64,000 bases of DNA. It comes from Vicugna vicugna (lineage: Eukaryota). The stretch covers positions 4,686,976 through 4,750,975 of the forward strand of contig MU058065.1 in assembly GCA_013265495.1 (NCBI GenBank), read 5' to 3'. Below the pieces are notes generated by a model. It saw only the letters and a program-made list of their open reading frames with translations. It was not told where the DNA came from and searched no databases. The position numbers were made by a program, and so were the translations under genes. Position 1 is the first letter of the stretch. Each line of letters starts with the position of its first letter. Below, one piece after another: positions 51,393 through 64,000 of this stretch.

Positions 51393-52899
51393 AAATAGTT
51401 GTTTCCCTCATCTGGAGGTTATGGATTCAGTTATTTCTCTGTTGTTAACTAAAAATAAGCCCTTTCAATTTGTATCATATATGTAAGTGTAGTGACTAAA
51501 AAATCAACCATACTTCAATTAAAAACAAAAACCTCACGCAACCAATTAGTAGAACCACATAGACCAAGAATATCTAGTGATTTAAATAATTTTATCTACC
51601 TTTTAAAAAAAATCAGCACTTGACTTTGAAAAAGAAAAGCTGTCATTATTTTTTAAAAGCATTTGCTCATTTTTCTCCTATAAAGTTACAAGGTTATGAA
51701 TTATTACAGTATATGAAATTACATATTTGAAAGGTTCAGAAACAGAACAAGGATTGGGGTATAAAACAATTTTTAAATACCTGCACAGGATGCTTTATTT
51801 TTTTTCAAAAAGTTAATTTAGGGGGACTTTTTACATGCTTAGGTGTGTATAAACAGGAGAAAATAATACTCTTTAAACATTTTGCATGGAAAAGATAAAT
51901 GTGAGGTACAAGGTGATACTAAAAGAAATATGGAAAAACATCTTGACCTGGTAGAGTGTAGACATGATTTACAGGCTGTGAAACACAGGTTGCCACTAAA
52001 CCTCCTTCCTCTTCGGGCTCTGCTGAGTTAGAACAAGGATTCTAAGCTCTCAGCTGGCCCCCTGCCTCTTCTACCCTCTCACTTTCTGACTTTAAGCAAC
52101 ACTCTCTCCCGTTCTCTCATTTCCTTTTCTCACCCTCCTTCAAAAGATTTAGTAGAGTTTAAGGTAAGACTCCAACCATTCAGGTTGCAAAAGTCAGAGC
52201 TAACTTCATATGGGACCGGAGATACGGGCTGTTACCTTTCCTGGAGACCCCAAGGTGGTTTAAGTATTTCCACAGCCGCTCAATGAACACAGATCCAGGG
52301 GAATATTTGCTAGAGTACCTTGAAAACTCCAGGTCTGGTAACATATAATTCCACGGAGACACCTGACCATAGGCATCCTTTCAGTCAATACGTTCTTCTA
52401 GAAACTGCAGAAATAGGAGTCAAAGGGGGAGGGTTAGGACTCCCTGAGAAAAGGAAACCTAGTTCTTACTTTTGACAAAGAGGATTGGATTGCTAATAGG
52501 CAAGCTAGCCTTCTGAAGGAAGTATTGACATTTTATTTGCAGAGGTAGACTCTACAGAAGGAGATGTCAATGCTAGCCTGCTCTGATCGATGCACTTTTG
52601 ATAGCCATCTATCCTATGCAGAGAGTGAAGTAGGCTGAAGGAAAAGGGACAGCTGGGGGTAAAAAGGTGTCTTCCAGAAACTTAAAGAGTGCGAAAAGGA
52701 CAGCCATGTCCAGCTTTTTCATATTCGTGTCACCAGAGTAACTCACAGCTCCTGACAGAGCAGATCCGCTCTGAAAGGATTGGTTGAATAAATGAAGGAA
52801 TAAGTGAATGGATATAAAAAGTCACAGCATAAAGATAGCAGAGAAGTAGATGTCAATGAGGGTGGGAGTGAAAAACGAGGCGAAGATGAATTCTTCATG

Positions 52900-53200
52900 G
52901 AATGAGAGGCCACCGGAAGTTGTCTCATAGAGGGGCAAGTTTTTGAGATGGACTTTGAAGAAGAGTTTCAATAGATAAAGAAGGGAGAAAGAAGAGGTAA
53001 TTAGCCAAAGGGACAGATATGAGTAAAGATACAGAAGATTTAAAAGAAGAAGCACATTGTTGGAAATGACCAGAGTAGACAGCTGGCAGTGAGGAATCAG
53101 GCTGGAAAGAGATACGATCCCGATCGCAGAAGTTCTTGCCCAAAGTGTGAATGGAAATTATTCTGATGGCAATGGGAGCCAATACATGCTGTTGAGATGT
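52900..53200 (-). mobile_element. L2 fragment
   Basis: TTTTTGAGATGGACTTTGAAG...GAGGAATCAGGCTGGAAAGA, antisense L2 body. Confidence 0.55.
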
Positions 53201-53379
53201 GGTACCTGATGTGGGGGGACTAACCATGAGAAGAGAAAGAAATTCCTGCCCAACGTTTCCAGTGTCAATGCTTAGTAAGATCTTAAGAAAAATCTTTTTA
53301 CATCTTGCTGGTTATATATATATATATAAATGGTTGATGTGAAATTCATATAGAATTTATATACATCTATAGAATTTCC

Positions 53380-53520
53380 TTACATCAACCATTAAAGGAA
53401 ATTCCTATTACTACTATTTCCCTTTTAGATGATTCATCTAAGATTCTGAGAGTTTTAACAACCTCCCAAAGACATAGCTGGTGAATTTGGGAAATTACAT
53501 TTCAAGCCCATTTGACTGAA
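53380..53520 (-). mobile_element. MIR with local inverted rearrangements
   Basis: TATTACTACTATTTCCCTTTTAGATGA...CTGAGAG...CCCAAAGACATAGCTGGT...TTTCAAGCCCA. Confidence 0.6.
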
Positions 53521-53649
53521 GATCGTGTGAGCTCATCCCTCAGGAGACGATCTAAGTGAGATATGAAACCTCGGATGCGGAGAAAGTTGTGAGGAGTACA
53601 GTTTTGTGATCAGGGTGTTACAGACAGAGCTTAAGTTACCAGTTGTGCC

Positions 53650-54135
53650 TTGATACGGAGCTCTCTGGCATAGAATTACAAATTCAGTGCAGGAAGTCAT
53701 GAGGGACACTGGAATGCACACTTCTGAGTCTTCTGCTCAGAAGCATGAAAGCTGAATCTCTGAGTGCTGTTAAAGTTGCTCAGAAAGAGAGTTTGGCTTA
53801 AGAGAACATGTGTGGATTCTTTCAGGTAAAGAACCAATGAGGAAGATTAAAGTTAAAGAGAATGAAGGATAATCAGAGAAGTAGGGGGTGAAGTAAGAGT
53901 GTAATGTCACATAAGGCAACAGTTTCAAAGACAGGCCACGTGCTTAACAGTGTCACATGCGACAGAAAGTCATGTACAAACAAAATCGAAGTGGGGCTGC
54001 TGGATTTAACAATTTGTAGGTCCCTTATGAGCTTTGTGTGTGTTGTTTCTAGGGAACAAAGGGACAGAGTTGGGTTTGGGAAGTTAGTAAGTAAATGGAA
54101 GATGAGGAATTGGAAAAGGTACATGGTAGTACTCT
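53650..54135 (-). mobile_element. L2 fragment
   Basis: GGATTTAACAATTTGTAGGTCCCTTATGAGCTTTG, antisense L2 body. Confidence 0.55.
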
Positions 54136-55479
54136 TTAAAAATGAAAATTAGAAATAATATATGAAATATACTTGGTGAAAAAATTACAATATAGATATG
54201 CATAAAATAAATCCTTAAAATCCCCAGTCACTCAACCCCACTAATTTCCCCTGGTTGCTGGTTAATGATCTAGACTGTGATGCTTTCAGAGTAGTTTAAT
54301 GCATTTTTATGCCTATACATAAAAGAACACCCACATGCATGTGTACACATATTAAGTAGTTAATGCTCACCAAATATTCATGTGCTTTTCTATATTTTCC
54401 CTTTCTTGGTAGTTAGGTTGGGGTCATGGAATAAGTTTTGACCAAGGGGTTAAGTCTCTTCCAAGATGATACAGTTAAGAACCACTCCAACTCCTCAGCC
54501 CCTGCAACCTGGAGTCTTGCCCAAGAAACTGAATTAGAGGCAAGAAGAAAGGACCAAGAACCATTTTCTATCAAGAGACAGTAGAGATATAGGAAATTCT
54601 CGAGGAACAGCTTCCAAATCCAAAATCTAAAGCATTTCCAAAGGTGTGATCTATTGTTGGGTCTTAGTTGATGAATGTCTCTAAGAAGATAATGTTTGAG
54701 GCTGTGAGGCAGCAGCAACTGTCAGGACAGAAGTATCCAGAGGCATCGTTCCCTCGTCCACTCTAAGTTACTTTGGACAGTGCTCGTAGTGGGGTCACAG
54801 CCCACAGCAGGACCGCAGAAATGGGTGATGTGGAGAGGGGCTTTAGAGGGAATCCCTAAACCTCGAGGAATTCTGAAATATTTGTCAACACTCAAGTCTG
54901 ATGCTCGCTTTCTCTTCTTTTTCTCTGTATACTTTCTTTCCTTCAGACTCTATATGGAGAAAACCCACTTAGGCATCAATTTCGAATTCACACTTAGAAA
55001 ACATGAGGTAAACTTCCTTTTTAGAGAAAGTATGTTTTCCGTATTAGAAGCAGCAGCAGAAAGAAGCAAGAGCAAGCGGGAAACACAAGCTAAGATGGCG
55101 CCACCGGTGAGCAATGAGTATGTTGAGTTCTCTGAACACATTTGGATATTTTGAAACCAAAATCCACAATCCAAAAAATCTAAGGGCGTTTCAGTTCTAT
55201 GATTTTTCTTTAGATTTCGGTTGTTGGGCTTTTTTTTCCCCCATAAAGTGGGTTTTGATGCATGGTGGTGAGCATTTTTGCCCAGGAAGAAGTCACATCA
55301 GATCATTGAAATCATCCTACTGAGATGTATTCTCATGGACTGGACTTGAGCCAGTGAAACTGGGTCATCCTTGAAAGGTAATTGAAGCTATTCTTGGCCT
55401 CAGGTTACATCAACTGTTGTATGTGTGCGAACAGGTACCAGATTGTTTCCTAAACCACTGAATATAATAATAATAACAG

Positions 55480-55700
55480 TGGTAATAACTACCATTTATT
55501 GAATTCTGTGGAACATACAATGAAATTATTTATATTGTTTCATATTCAATAAAACTCCATAAGTTAGAAACTTTTATCCACATTTATGGTTAAGGAAATT
55601 GTAGCTTAAGAGAATTCAAGTGACTCACCCAATGCCATAGTAAGTAAGTGCAGCAAAGCTAAGATTTGAATTACAGTTCAGATCCGTCTGGCTCTGTGTC
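55480..55700 (-). mobile_element. MIR
   Basis: TAACTACCATTTATTGA...TAAGGAAATTG...AAGTGACTCACCCAA...AAGATTTGAA. Confidence 0.75.
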
Positions 55701-57808
55701 CCTGTCCTTTATTCTGTAGCATCAAAGCAGACATATGTGTTCTTCCAAAAAGTAGACATGGACGGAGGCAGAATTCTCCTCCTTTATTTCCAACATAGCT
55801 GATGCCCAGAGATACACATGCCCAAGGGACCCACGCATAATCACTTTTCCTTTCAGTCTCCTCATCTCTTCTTCAGCATCTCATATCCTCCATGAGAGCA
55901 GCTTAATGAGCTACCATGTAACCATCAAGAAATGAGATCTTGTAAAGAATCGTGGGAGGTACACAAGCTGTTCTGTTTTCTCTGTAGTAAAGAGGGCACT
56001 AAGTCCTGAGAAGATTAAAAGGATAAATAGAAGATTGATAAAGGATTCAGGGGAGATGGGGAGAGGAGATTTGTAAACAGGCAGGGACTCACATGTGGTC
56101 CCAGAATGCAATTAAACATGAACAACTCCTGTGGAACAGAAACGTGGACCAAGATTCTCCATAAAGAGCCAAGTTCATTTTAGATTTCTGGATTCAGATA
56201 CAGCACCTAGTCACTATCTTGATGAAATGTGACTCCAAATTACCACTTTGACTTTTTAAATTATTTGAAGTACTGATTCCCGGTAACTGTTAACAGTTTA
56301 TTGTACTGTTCCCTTTCCTTCATTCAAAACCAAGTTCTTAAATTGAAAAAGGACAGCGCCTGAAAGTGTATGTCAATGAATTTCTCTATCAGATAATACA
56401 TTACGCTTCTGAGATTTTCGAGTTGTTTAATAAAATTATACTACATAAAGAGGTTTAACATATGCTTCTACACAACTGACTTACACAATTAATGCAGGAC
56501 GCCAGGGAAGAAACATTTACTCTCTGTAAATCCTTTACAATGAAGGAAAACTTCAGAACCAATTAGGTGTGGTTGACATTTGCATTTTAAGGGTTTTTCA
56601 AAGATTAGAGACATTAAGCCTCACAAGTATATCAAAATGACAGCCTCACCCTAACTTAAACCATCTTGCCCATTTGCAATAAAATCTCCATCATCTCGGA
56701 CCTAGAAAATGTATTGAGCTCATAGACTAAACATTCAACAGTTGTGTGCACTCAGAAGCTTTATGACTTTTGGGGGGCCTTTGTGGAATCATCCTGGAAT
56801 CAATTTATCTTCATGCTTCAAAGAATCCTAATTCAGAAGTACTCCAAATGTTTGGGACTATTTTAAGATTATTTTTCTTCTGGAAGTTGAAATGTAAACT
56901 AAAATGAATGCTTTCCCGATAATTTTATACTGTTTTAACTAACTGTTAAAGTTCACCTGATGTTTAAACTACAGCTTTCAGGCTTAAATGCATTTTTGCT
57001 TCTATGATTATTCTATTTTTGAAAACCTACCCTCTTAACAATATTTATTTCCTTCCAGTTCTTTTTTCCTACATGCCACAATAGGTACTGTGAAACAGTT
57101 AGATTGAGAATGCATCAAATTTTCCATTGGTTCTCATTATAAAAATAGATATCTACTTTTGTCTTGGTCTAAAGAGAAAAAAAAAAGTAGAGCATGCTGA
57201 AAACTTAGGTGGGGTAGAAATATGTTCTGTCATGATGATTTTGTTTTAAAAAAAGCTAGAACTGTTGTTCTGGCTTACAATTTCAGACAAGTCCAGCAAA
57301 TCTTCCTTCCGTCTGTTTCTTTGCTTGTGAATAAAGTCTTATTATTGTGTTACCACCTGTTCTTCATTGTCTTTTGCAGCATCTTGCCTTTCCGGGATCT
57401 TTCTCTCTACCTGATACTGACATGTTCACTGCTCTCTCTGGACCATAAGGCTGTCTCCCATGACTTTCACGTAAGTAACTATGAGTAATTTGCTCCTCCT
57501 TTCTCATTGGGGGAGGGGGGCATTCTCATTACAGCATCTAACAGAGTTTAGTACCTCACTATCAGTAGGATGATTTATCCAACTGATCCAATATGAAAAT
57601 CTTATTTAAAATGTAAAATTATCTAGGATACATTAATTTTCCTCTATCACATCAATATTTTGAAACTCCTAAAGCCACTTTCACTTAGACTGAGGGATAA
57701 CTTCATCTTTCTCCTTTTATCTCTTCTTTCTCCTCTCCTTCCTTCTCTTCCTTCCCGTGAAGCATTGTTTGTTTTCAGGGAGTGAGCACCAACCACGAAG
57801 CACCTTAC

Positions 57809-57880
57809 CTTGCTGGATGAACTGAAGTTGTTTTTCTTCTGATTAAAATATTCATGAAAAGCCGTGTTGTAAGAATTATA
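57809..57880 (-). other. Candidate exon (72 nt)
   Basis: Minus strand: acceptor CCTTTTGATCTGTCTGCAG|, donor AAG|GTAAGG; two frames open, product not recognised. Confidence 0.3.
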
Positions 57881-58379
57881 CTGCAGACAGATCAAAAGGC
57901 AGGGGTTCATTTTAGGTGCAAATTGAGCACTGTGAAGGAACTGGGTTTTTTTTGGGCAAAGCTACCTGGAGCCGTTGCAGGGATGTCAAAGCAGAGGAGG
58001 TACCAGAAGAAGAGCAATAGAAGAGGGTGTGGGCTACGGGTTTCCTAGAAGCCAAAGGAAGTGGCAGCCTATCTCTGAAACTAAGCTGAGCTAAATATTA
58101 GCTGAATCTATTCCTTTGTCCCAATACTGTTATAGCTTTCTGTTGATATCTAGAACACTGAATAGGGTCAGAGTATTGGTGAGTAAGATTCATGGGGGAA
58201 AGAGTAGGGGAAGATTTATGTATTTAATAACATTTTTGGTTTAATTATGAAGGTAATATTTTTACACATTACTGCACCCAGAATTAACTAATCATCATTA
58301 ACAGTGGGTGGTGCACACATAGATGGATATATTTGTATGTGTGTGTATTATACACACACATGTGTAATACATACCACAC

Positions 58380-59110
58380 ATAGTCTAAAAGGAATTGTAT
58401 TAAGTAATGCATATTTCAATTTTTAACAAACAAAATTGTTTGAAAAAGTTGTATATGTGAAGTACTTATAAACTTACATTTAGTAATCAGTATTTATAAG
58501 GACGTAATTTTTCATATATCCCATCATATGGATACTCTGTAATGTCTTTAACCCTCTTTTGTTGGTCCATTTTGTTATTTTCAATTTAAACAAATCTGCA
58601 ATCAGCATTGTTTACAAAAAAGGTTGTGAACTTGACCCCAATTTCCAAGGGATAAATTTCTACAGGCAGAATAACTAGACAATATGAGTTTTTAAATTGC
58701 CAAATCACCTTTCAAAAGCTTGTATTATAATTTATTTCCCACATTTTAGAGTTTTTCTTCTGCTTCAACTTTAACAATATCTTTAAAAATATGTTTAAAA
58801 ATATTGTCACTTGGGATTTGAAAAAATCCGTATAGTTTTAATTTGCAGTCATCTGATTTCTAATGAAATTAGGCCTTCATATTTATTTTTAATTATCTAT
58901 ATTAATATTTCTCATGATATATATGAGACTTTCATACAGTGAGATCATTAACACTTTCTGATCATGTATATTGCAAACATTTTTCATTATTTGTGTTGCA
59001 TTTAAAATTTTATTCATGGTATACCTCTCTCCAAAATGTTTTATGTCTTTATTGTTAAATATATCTATATTTTCTTTTAAGCCTTCCATCATGAATGTTT
59101 CAAAAGTCTT
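58380..59110 (-). mobile_element. Old L1ME-like fragment
   Basis: GGGATAAATTTCTA...TTGCCAAATCACCTTTCAAAAG...TATAGTTTTAATTTGCA...ATATTGCAAACATTTT. Confidence 0.65.
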
Positions 59111-62100
59111 CCTGGATTGATTATTCAGAACCTAATTTTTATCACATTTTAAAGAGTTTTATACATTGAGATGGAATAAATTATTGCAAGAAATCATCAC
59201 TTCATTTCATAAAAAAGTGCAATCTATCTTTTATGCTCATTTTTGTTCACTAATAATAATATCTGTGAAACCCAGTTAAAAACAAAACAAAACAAAACAA
59301 AAAAAACTATTTCCTTGCCTACCAAAAGGCGACATTCTGATTGAGGAAGAATTACGTCCTCATTCATTTACTTACACATGAGTATAAATTTTTGAATATA
59401 AAATGTTGCAACACAAAGTAGAATATTTTAGCAAAATGTATGTTTTAAGAAGCCTGGTCACTTAGAGCAAGAAGGCTTGGGGACCATGGTAGACGCTATC
59501 ATATAGACCATATACTACCTTTCCAGAGCTGCCCTGAACCCTTTTTATGTTTGATTAAATGCTGTGGATAGTGACTGAGCTGCATCTGAAGGACAGTTCT
59601 GATACTACACAGTGAGGTTGGAAATTAAACAACATTAAGGATATAAGGTCTTTGGCAAGTAGTTAACACTAAAAATTCCCAGGGCAGAGAGAGGGGAAAG
59701 GAGAGCAGTGGAGAAGTCAGCCCCACTGGGAAAGAGCCACCACAAGAACAGAACAACAGACATGTTTGTGCCTTGCAGCTCTGCAGACTCTTCCCCATCC
59801 CCTGCCCCTCCCGCCTCTCTTCTTCACCCCTCCTCCACTCTCCCTTTTAATGTCTAATTTAGACAGACTGTTCAGAGCTTTTTTTTTTCTTCAACTCATA
59901 ATGTGATGGGGGACATTATTTTCAAACCTGATGATTCAGGATAAAGTAGGTGCACAAAGAAGTATATAAAATCATCAGATTTTTCCAGGAGAGAAAGGAG
60001 AGATTGTGAGCTCAGAAGAAACCAGCTCTCAGCTTGTCTCTTTGTCCTAACTCTGTAGGTCAGCTACAACTTCTTGACATTCTTGACTTTGACAAAGCCA
60101 CCAGGTACATGATGGGGAAATGGGGACAAGAAACACCAGGAATCTTCTCCTGTGTGTCATTCAACCTCAAGCATACTTATCTGAAAAATGAAAAAAAAAA
60201 AAACTAAATCAAATGATGACTTCAAGTGTCTTCAGCTTATGTAATTTATGATCCTACAGTATTGACATTAAAATGCTAAGGAAAAGTTATGGACTGTTTA
60301 TGAAAGGATGGTCTATGTGGTCATAGAATAAGGCTGGCTTTGTAAAAGTCAGTGGACATATTCTAAATATACCACATTTGAGCAGATGACTGTCTGAGGA
60401 ATTTAAAGCTAGGTATCTTTAGAGTCAAACTAGCAGTGGCAACTGCTTAAGGCACCAATAACTCCCTGGATGTCAGGTGGGAGCAATTTGGCTACAATAG
60501 TCAGAATCCATGATGCATTTATTACCCACCTTCCAAAGAGAAGCCACTGGTCCAGGCAACGTGTCTGCAGAGAGTGTATGGCATTTTGATACCAGTCTCT
60601 CAATAGGAGGGACATTTTAACTCTCCATCAGGTTCACATAAAGCTTAAAACTGCAACTATTGTTATTTCTATGTTTCAGCTATTATTGTTTCTATGTTAT
60701 TTATTTATTTTTTATCAAGTACAATGTACCATTTATTCTGTCTCTGTGCCTGACCCCTATTCCTGATCCTTCAACTTTGGGAGGAAGCTCAGGAAAGGAC
60801 ATATTTCATGGCTGGGGGTGGGGGTGGTAAGAATAAAGGGGTAGGTAAAAATGCAGAAGCATAAAGGAAAGGTCGACATCAAGGGTGAGATTTAGGAGTA
60901 AAGTCAAGCTCAGGGATTTGGCTGGGGTCGGGGTCAAGTGGGGATCTGGGAGGAAGACACCCAGGATACCTACAGTTTCAGATGAGCCACGTCCAAATGT
61001 TCTGCTCTGTCATGAGTCCTTGTGACTTTCATGACTTTGGATTTTTGATACAGGTGCAGGCATTACTAATCCCAAGTTTTAGTCATATAGACAGGTACAG
61101 GTCAGGCTTTGCTAGTAAACTGGTTGTCTACATGCATCCAAAATGACAAAGAACAGGGAATACAGAAACAGATACCACGTCTCGGTTTTTGCTGGAATTT
61201 TAAATTTTGCTTCTGAGCTGAGTACAAAGGAGGTGCCCAACTCCACTGCCCCTCCATCCTTCCGCTTTGACTCCCTCCCCCAAAATTCAATTAGATCTTC
61301 CCCAAAAGTGATGATTACAGAAACCTAATTTATGCGATCATTTGCACTGTGGAATACCTTCTTTCTAAGGACCTTTAATTCCTTTGTAAACTCCCTTCCT
61401 CCATTAGGAACTTATGAAATGTTATGTAAATTTACTCGGATTTATCACAGAATGCGGCTGTCAGAGCATATAATCTTCAACTTCTCTGTGCTGAAGGGAA
61501 ATAAATCATTCTAAATATACCAATGACATTTGACTAAAGAATAAAACTCCTATTACCTAACAGACTATTTAAACTGTTGTCTCCAAAATTCTCACAGCCT
61601 GGTAACCTGAATGTCAAGTTTCAGACCATAGTATAATTTTTTTAACACAAAATAGAAACTTGTGAAAAAATAGGGGTGTGACAGATTGGAATAAAACATT
61701 TAAAACATGTTCTTCTGTTAGTGGTTTTGACATCCTTTTCCCATTAATAACTTGCTGAAAGCTCTTAAATTTTTCTTGTTGAGTCAATGTGAAGCTATTG
61801 AACATGACGAAATGACTCAAAGTACCATAATAAGGAACAAGGCATGACTGTTCACCAACCAAAAAGTATAAAAATACGAGAAGCAAAAAGATGTGAGCTT
61901 CGTATTTGCATTTTAATTGTCTTCATCGTAATGGTAGATATATTATTTAGGTAAAGGCATGTATTTTACATAAGCTTTTACCTGATTTTACACAAAAGGA
62001 AGTAAAGCTATAATACTTGATTTATTGGCAAAGAGATGGTCTTTGCTCCATAAATAACAAACACATTTGTGTGAATGTACTTTTGGGTTTACAAAGTGCC

Positions 62101-64000
62101 AAGGGTCTAGAGGATTTTGCTTTCCCTCACTTTCACTCATCCCATATAGAATATTTTCAGCTCAACCAGTGATTTCTTTTCACCACATGGAAGGATCGTG
62201 TTCTGTAAGACCATCTTGATGGACCAACCCACCAAGAAAATCTTTTGATTTGACATTTCTCAATTTTTACCAATTGAGAGCAGCTAACATCATCTCACAG
62301 ATAAATCTCAATCATTCTTAATGTTTATTGACTCAAGTCAACCCAGCAAGGAAGCTGACTTATCTTGTATTTAAACCTTTTTATGACCGTAATGTCTACA
62401 GAGCTAAATATATCTTTGTAAAGATTCATGCTACGTCATAACTTCAGATGTCATTCTATAATATTTCACCTGTGGCCTGATTCAGAGACCATAGAAGCAA
62501 AGGGATACATGTGGTATAATAGAATCTGTCTTCCTTCAATGGGCAGAGAAGGGGAAATTTAAGTGTTGGATTTTTTCATTTCTAGTGTCAAGGTGCTCAA
62601 TGGAGATTTATTCTCACAATAGAAAGTAAAGAAGCATGTCTTGTCATAGGAAATAGTAGCAGTAAAATAATAATAAAGCTGTTGCTTTTTTTATCACCAA
62701 TTAATTGCAAAGCAGATGCCATGTGGTACATTTGCATTTCCTACAGCACTGGCAATGCAAAGTGTTTATGAAAGATACCCCTTTTATAGTTACAAAGGCC
62801 AACAGAACAGGTGCACTTGAGCCCAATTAATAAAAAATAAAATAGAAGAAACTTAGTTCACATAAGGACTACAATATTATCCAGGGGGACAGGAAATATG
62901 GCTGCTGTTAAGAAAAACTGAAACTTAACAGCTTCAAATTGTGTTCAAACATTAAAAAAAAACATATACACATAAAATAATATATATGGCATAGATAAGA
63001 TGTTAGAGTAAGTTCACAGTATAAAAGCAAAAATCAAAGTTAACCTTCTTTTATCCTAACGCACCTATGTTTTTCTCCATTTCTATGTTGCCTAACCATT
63101 ATTCGTACAGCTTATAAAATTTGAACCATGAACCTGATGGCTTCTTACAATTTTCCCTTGATGTAAGACTGAACCAAACTCTATCCTTAGAACAATGGGT
63201 CAGTTCTTGCACATAGAACATCCCAGTTTCCAGGTACCCATAGCAATGATTTAATTTCTATCTGGATTTCTCCTACCACCTTTTTTTTTTTTTTTCTGGG
63301 ATACCTCAAGTGGCCCTCAGTTAAAGTTCATTCAAAACTTATGGATATATCTTAATATTGACCTAAGTCAGAGATCACTGGAATATAAGCTTGAAATACA
63401 AAGTACACCATATAATGTATTCCAAACCCAGAGTGGAGCACCTTAGACTGACATGATGTTTGGAAGGACAAGGGGTAGACAGTAACAGCCACAGGCATTA
63501 GAGCCAAACAGAACTACCCTTAAAACCTAAACACACAGTGTGTCTTGTAAATTTATACATACTACTAGTATCTAAGCCACAGAATAAGACAGGCATGCTA
63601 ATATGTACTCACAGCATGGTCATGAAAACTAAATTAAATGACAAATGTGAAATACTTAGCTTACTACTGGACAGCAAACAAGAAAGGAAAACCGTACAAA
63701 TAAGCATGGTTTTTAATTTTTTTAATTATTTTTTGAAATAAGGTTTATTTCCCTTGTTTTTATTTATTTTGGTTGGTAATTCGTTAATTATTGTTATGGT
63801 GGTCTTGGTCATTTTAGCACCTAAAGAGATTTGAGAGTCTGTGTGTACTTATCAATACATTGAATAAATATAATCATGTATTTAATAGTTATGAACACTT
63901 TTTTCCACGTGCATATGGGTGCAATTTTAATCAATGAAATGAAAATTAATTTAAACGTATTAGTTGGGCACGTAATGGTTACACTTTTAAAATCCACTGA

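Noticed and set aside
56729..56750. AACATTCAAC, the start of miR-181
   Set aside because: Match ends after about 10 nt and no precursor hairpin is evident
58337..58361. 12-bp-arm palindrome ATGTGTGTGTAT-T-ATACACACACAT
   Set aside because: Trivial product of adjacent TG/CA microsatellites

Overview
AT-rich mammalian (eutherian) non-coding DNA, intronic or intergenic. No protein-coding gene, tRNA, rRNA or known miRNA could be recognised, and the supplied ORFs look like chance or repeat-derived ORFs. The window is dominated by interspersed repeats. These include old L2, MIR and L1M fragments, MER5A/MER20/MER2-type DNA transposons, two solo MLT2-type LTRs, and many short, younger L1 3' ends (...AACTGACTATACTTCAAT-polyA), several with visible target-site duplications. 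That L1 tail, plus the absence of recognisable Bov-tA/PRE1/CHR/Alu/B1 SINEs, suggests a cetartiodactyl, probably a camelid (inference). The most informative find is a decayed endogenous retrovirus at about 30.6-33.4 kb, where an ERVL-like LTR and gag start sit beside a gamma-type env TM remnant (fusion peptide, heptad repeat, immunosuppressive domain). Other candidates are an orphan CpG-rich patch at about 49 kb with a perfect B-box in a MIR, several well-formed but unverified splice-site pairs on both strands, and local inverted repeats. Repeat family names come from visual recognition, not a database search, and boundaries are approximate unless a TSD is quoted.
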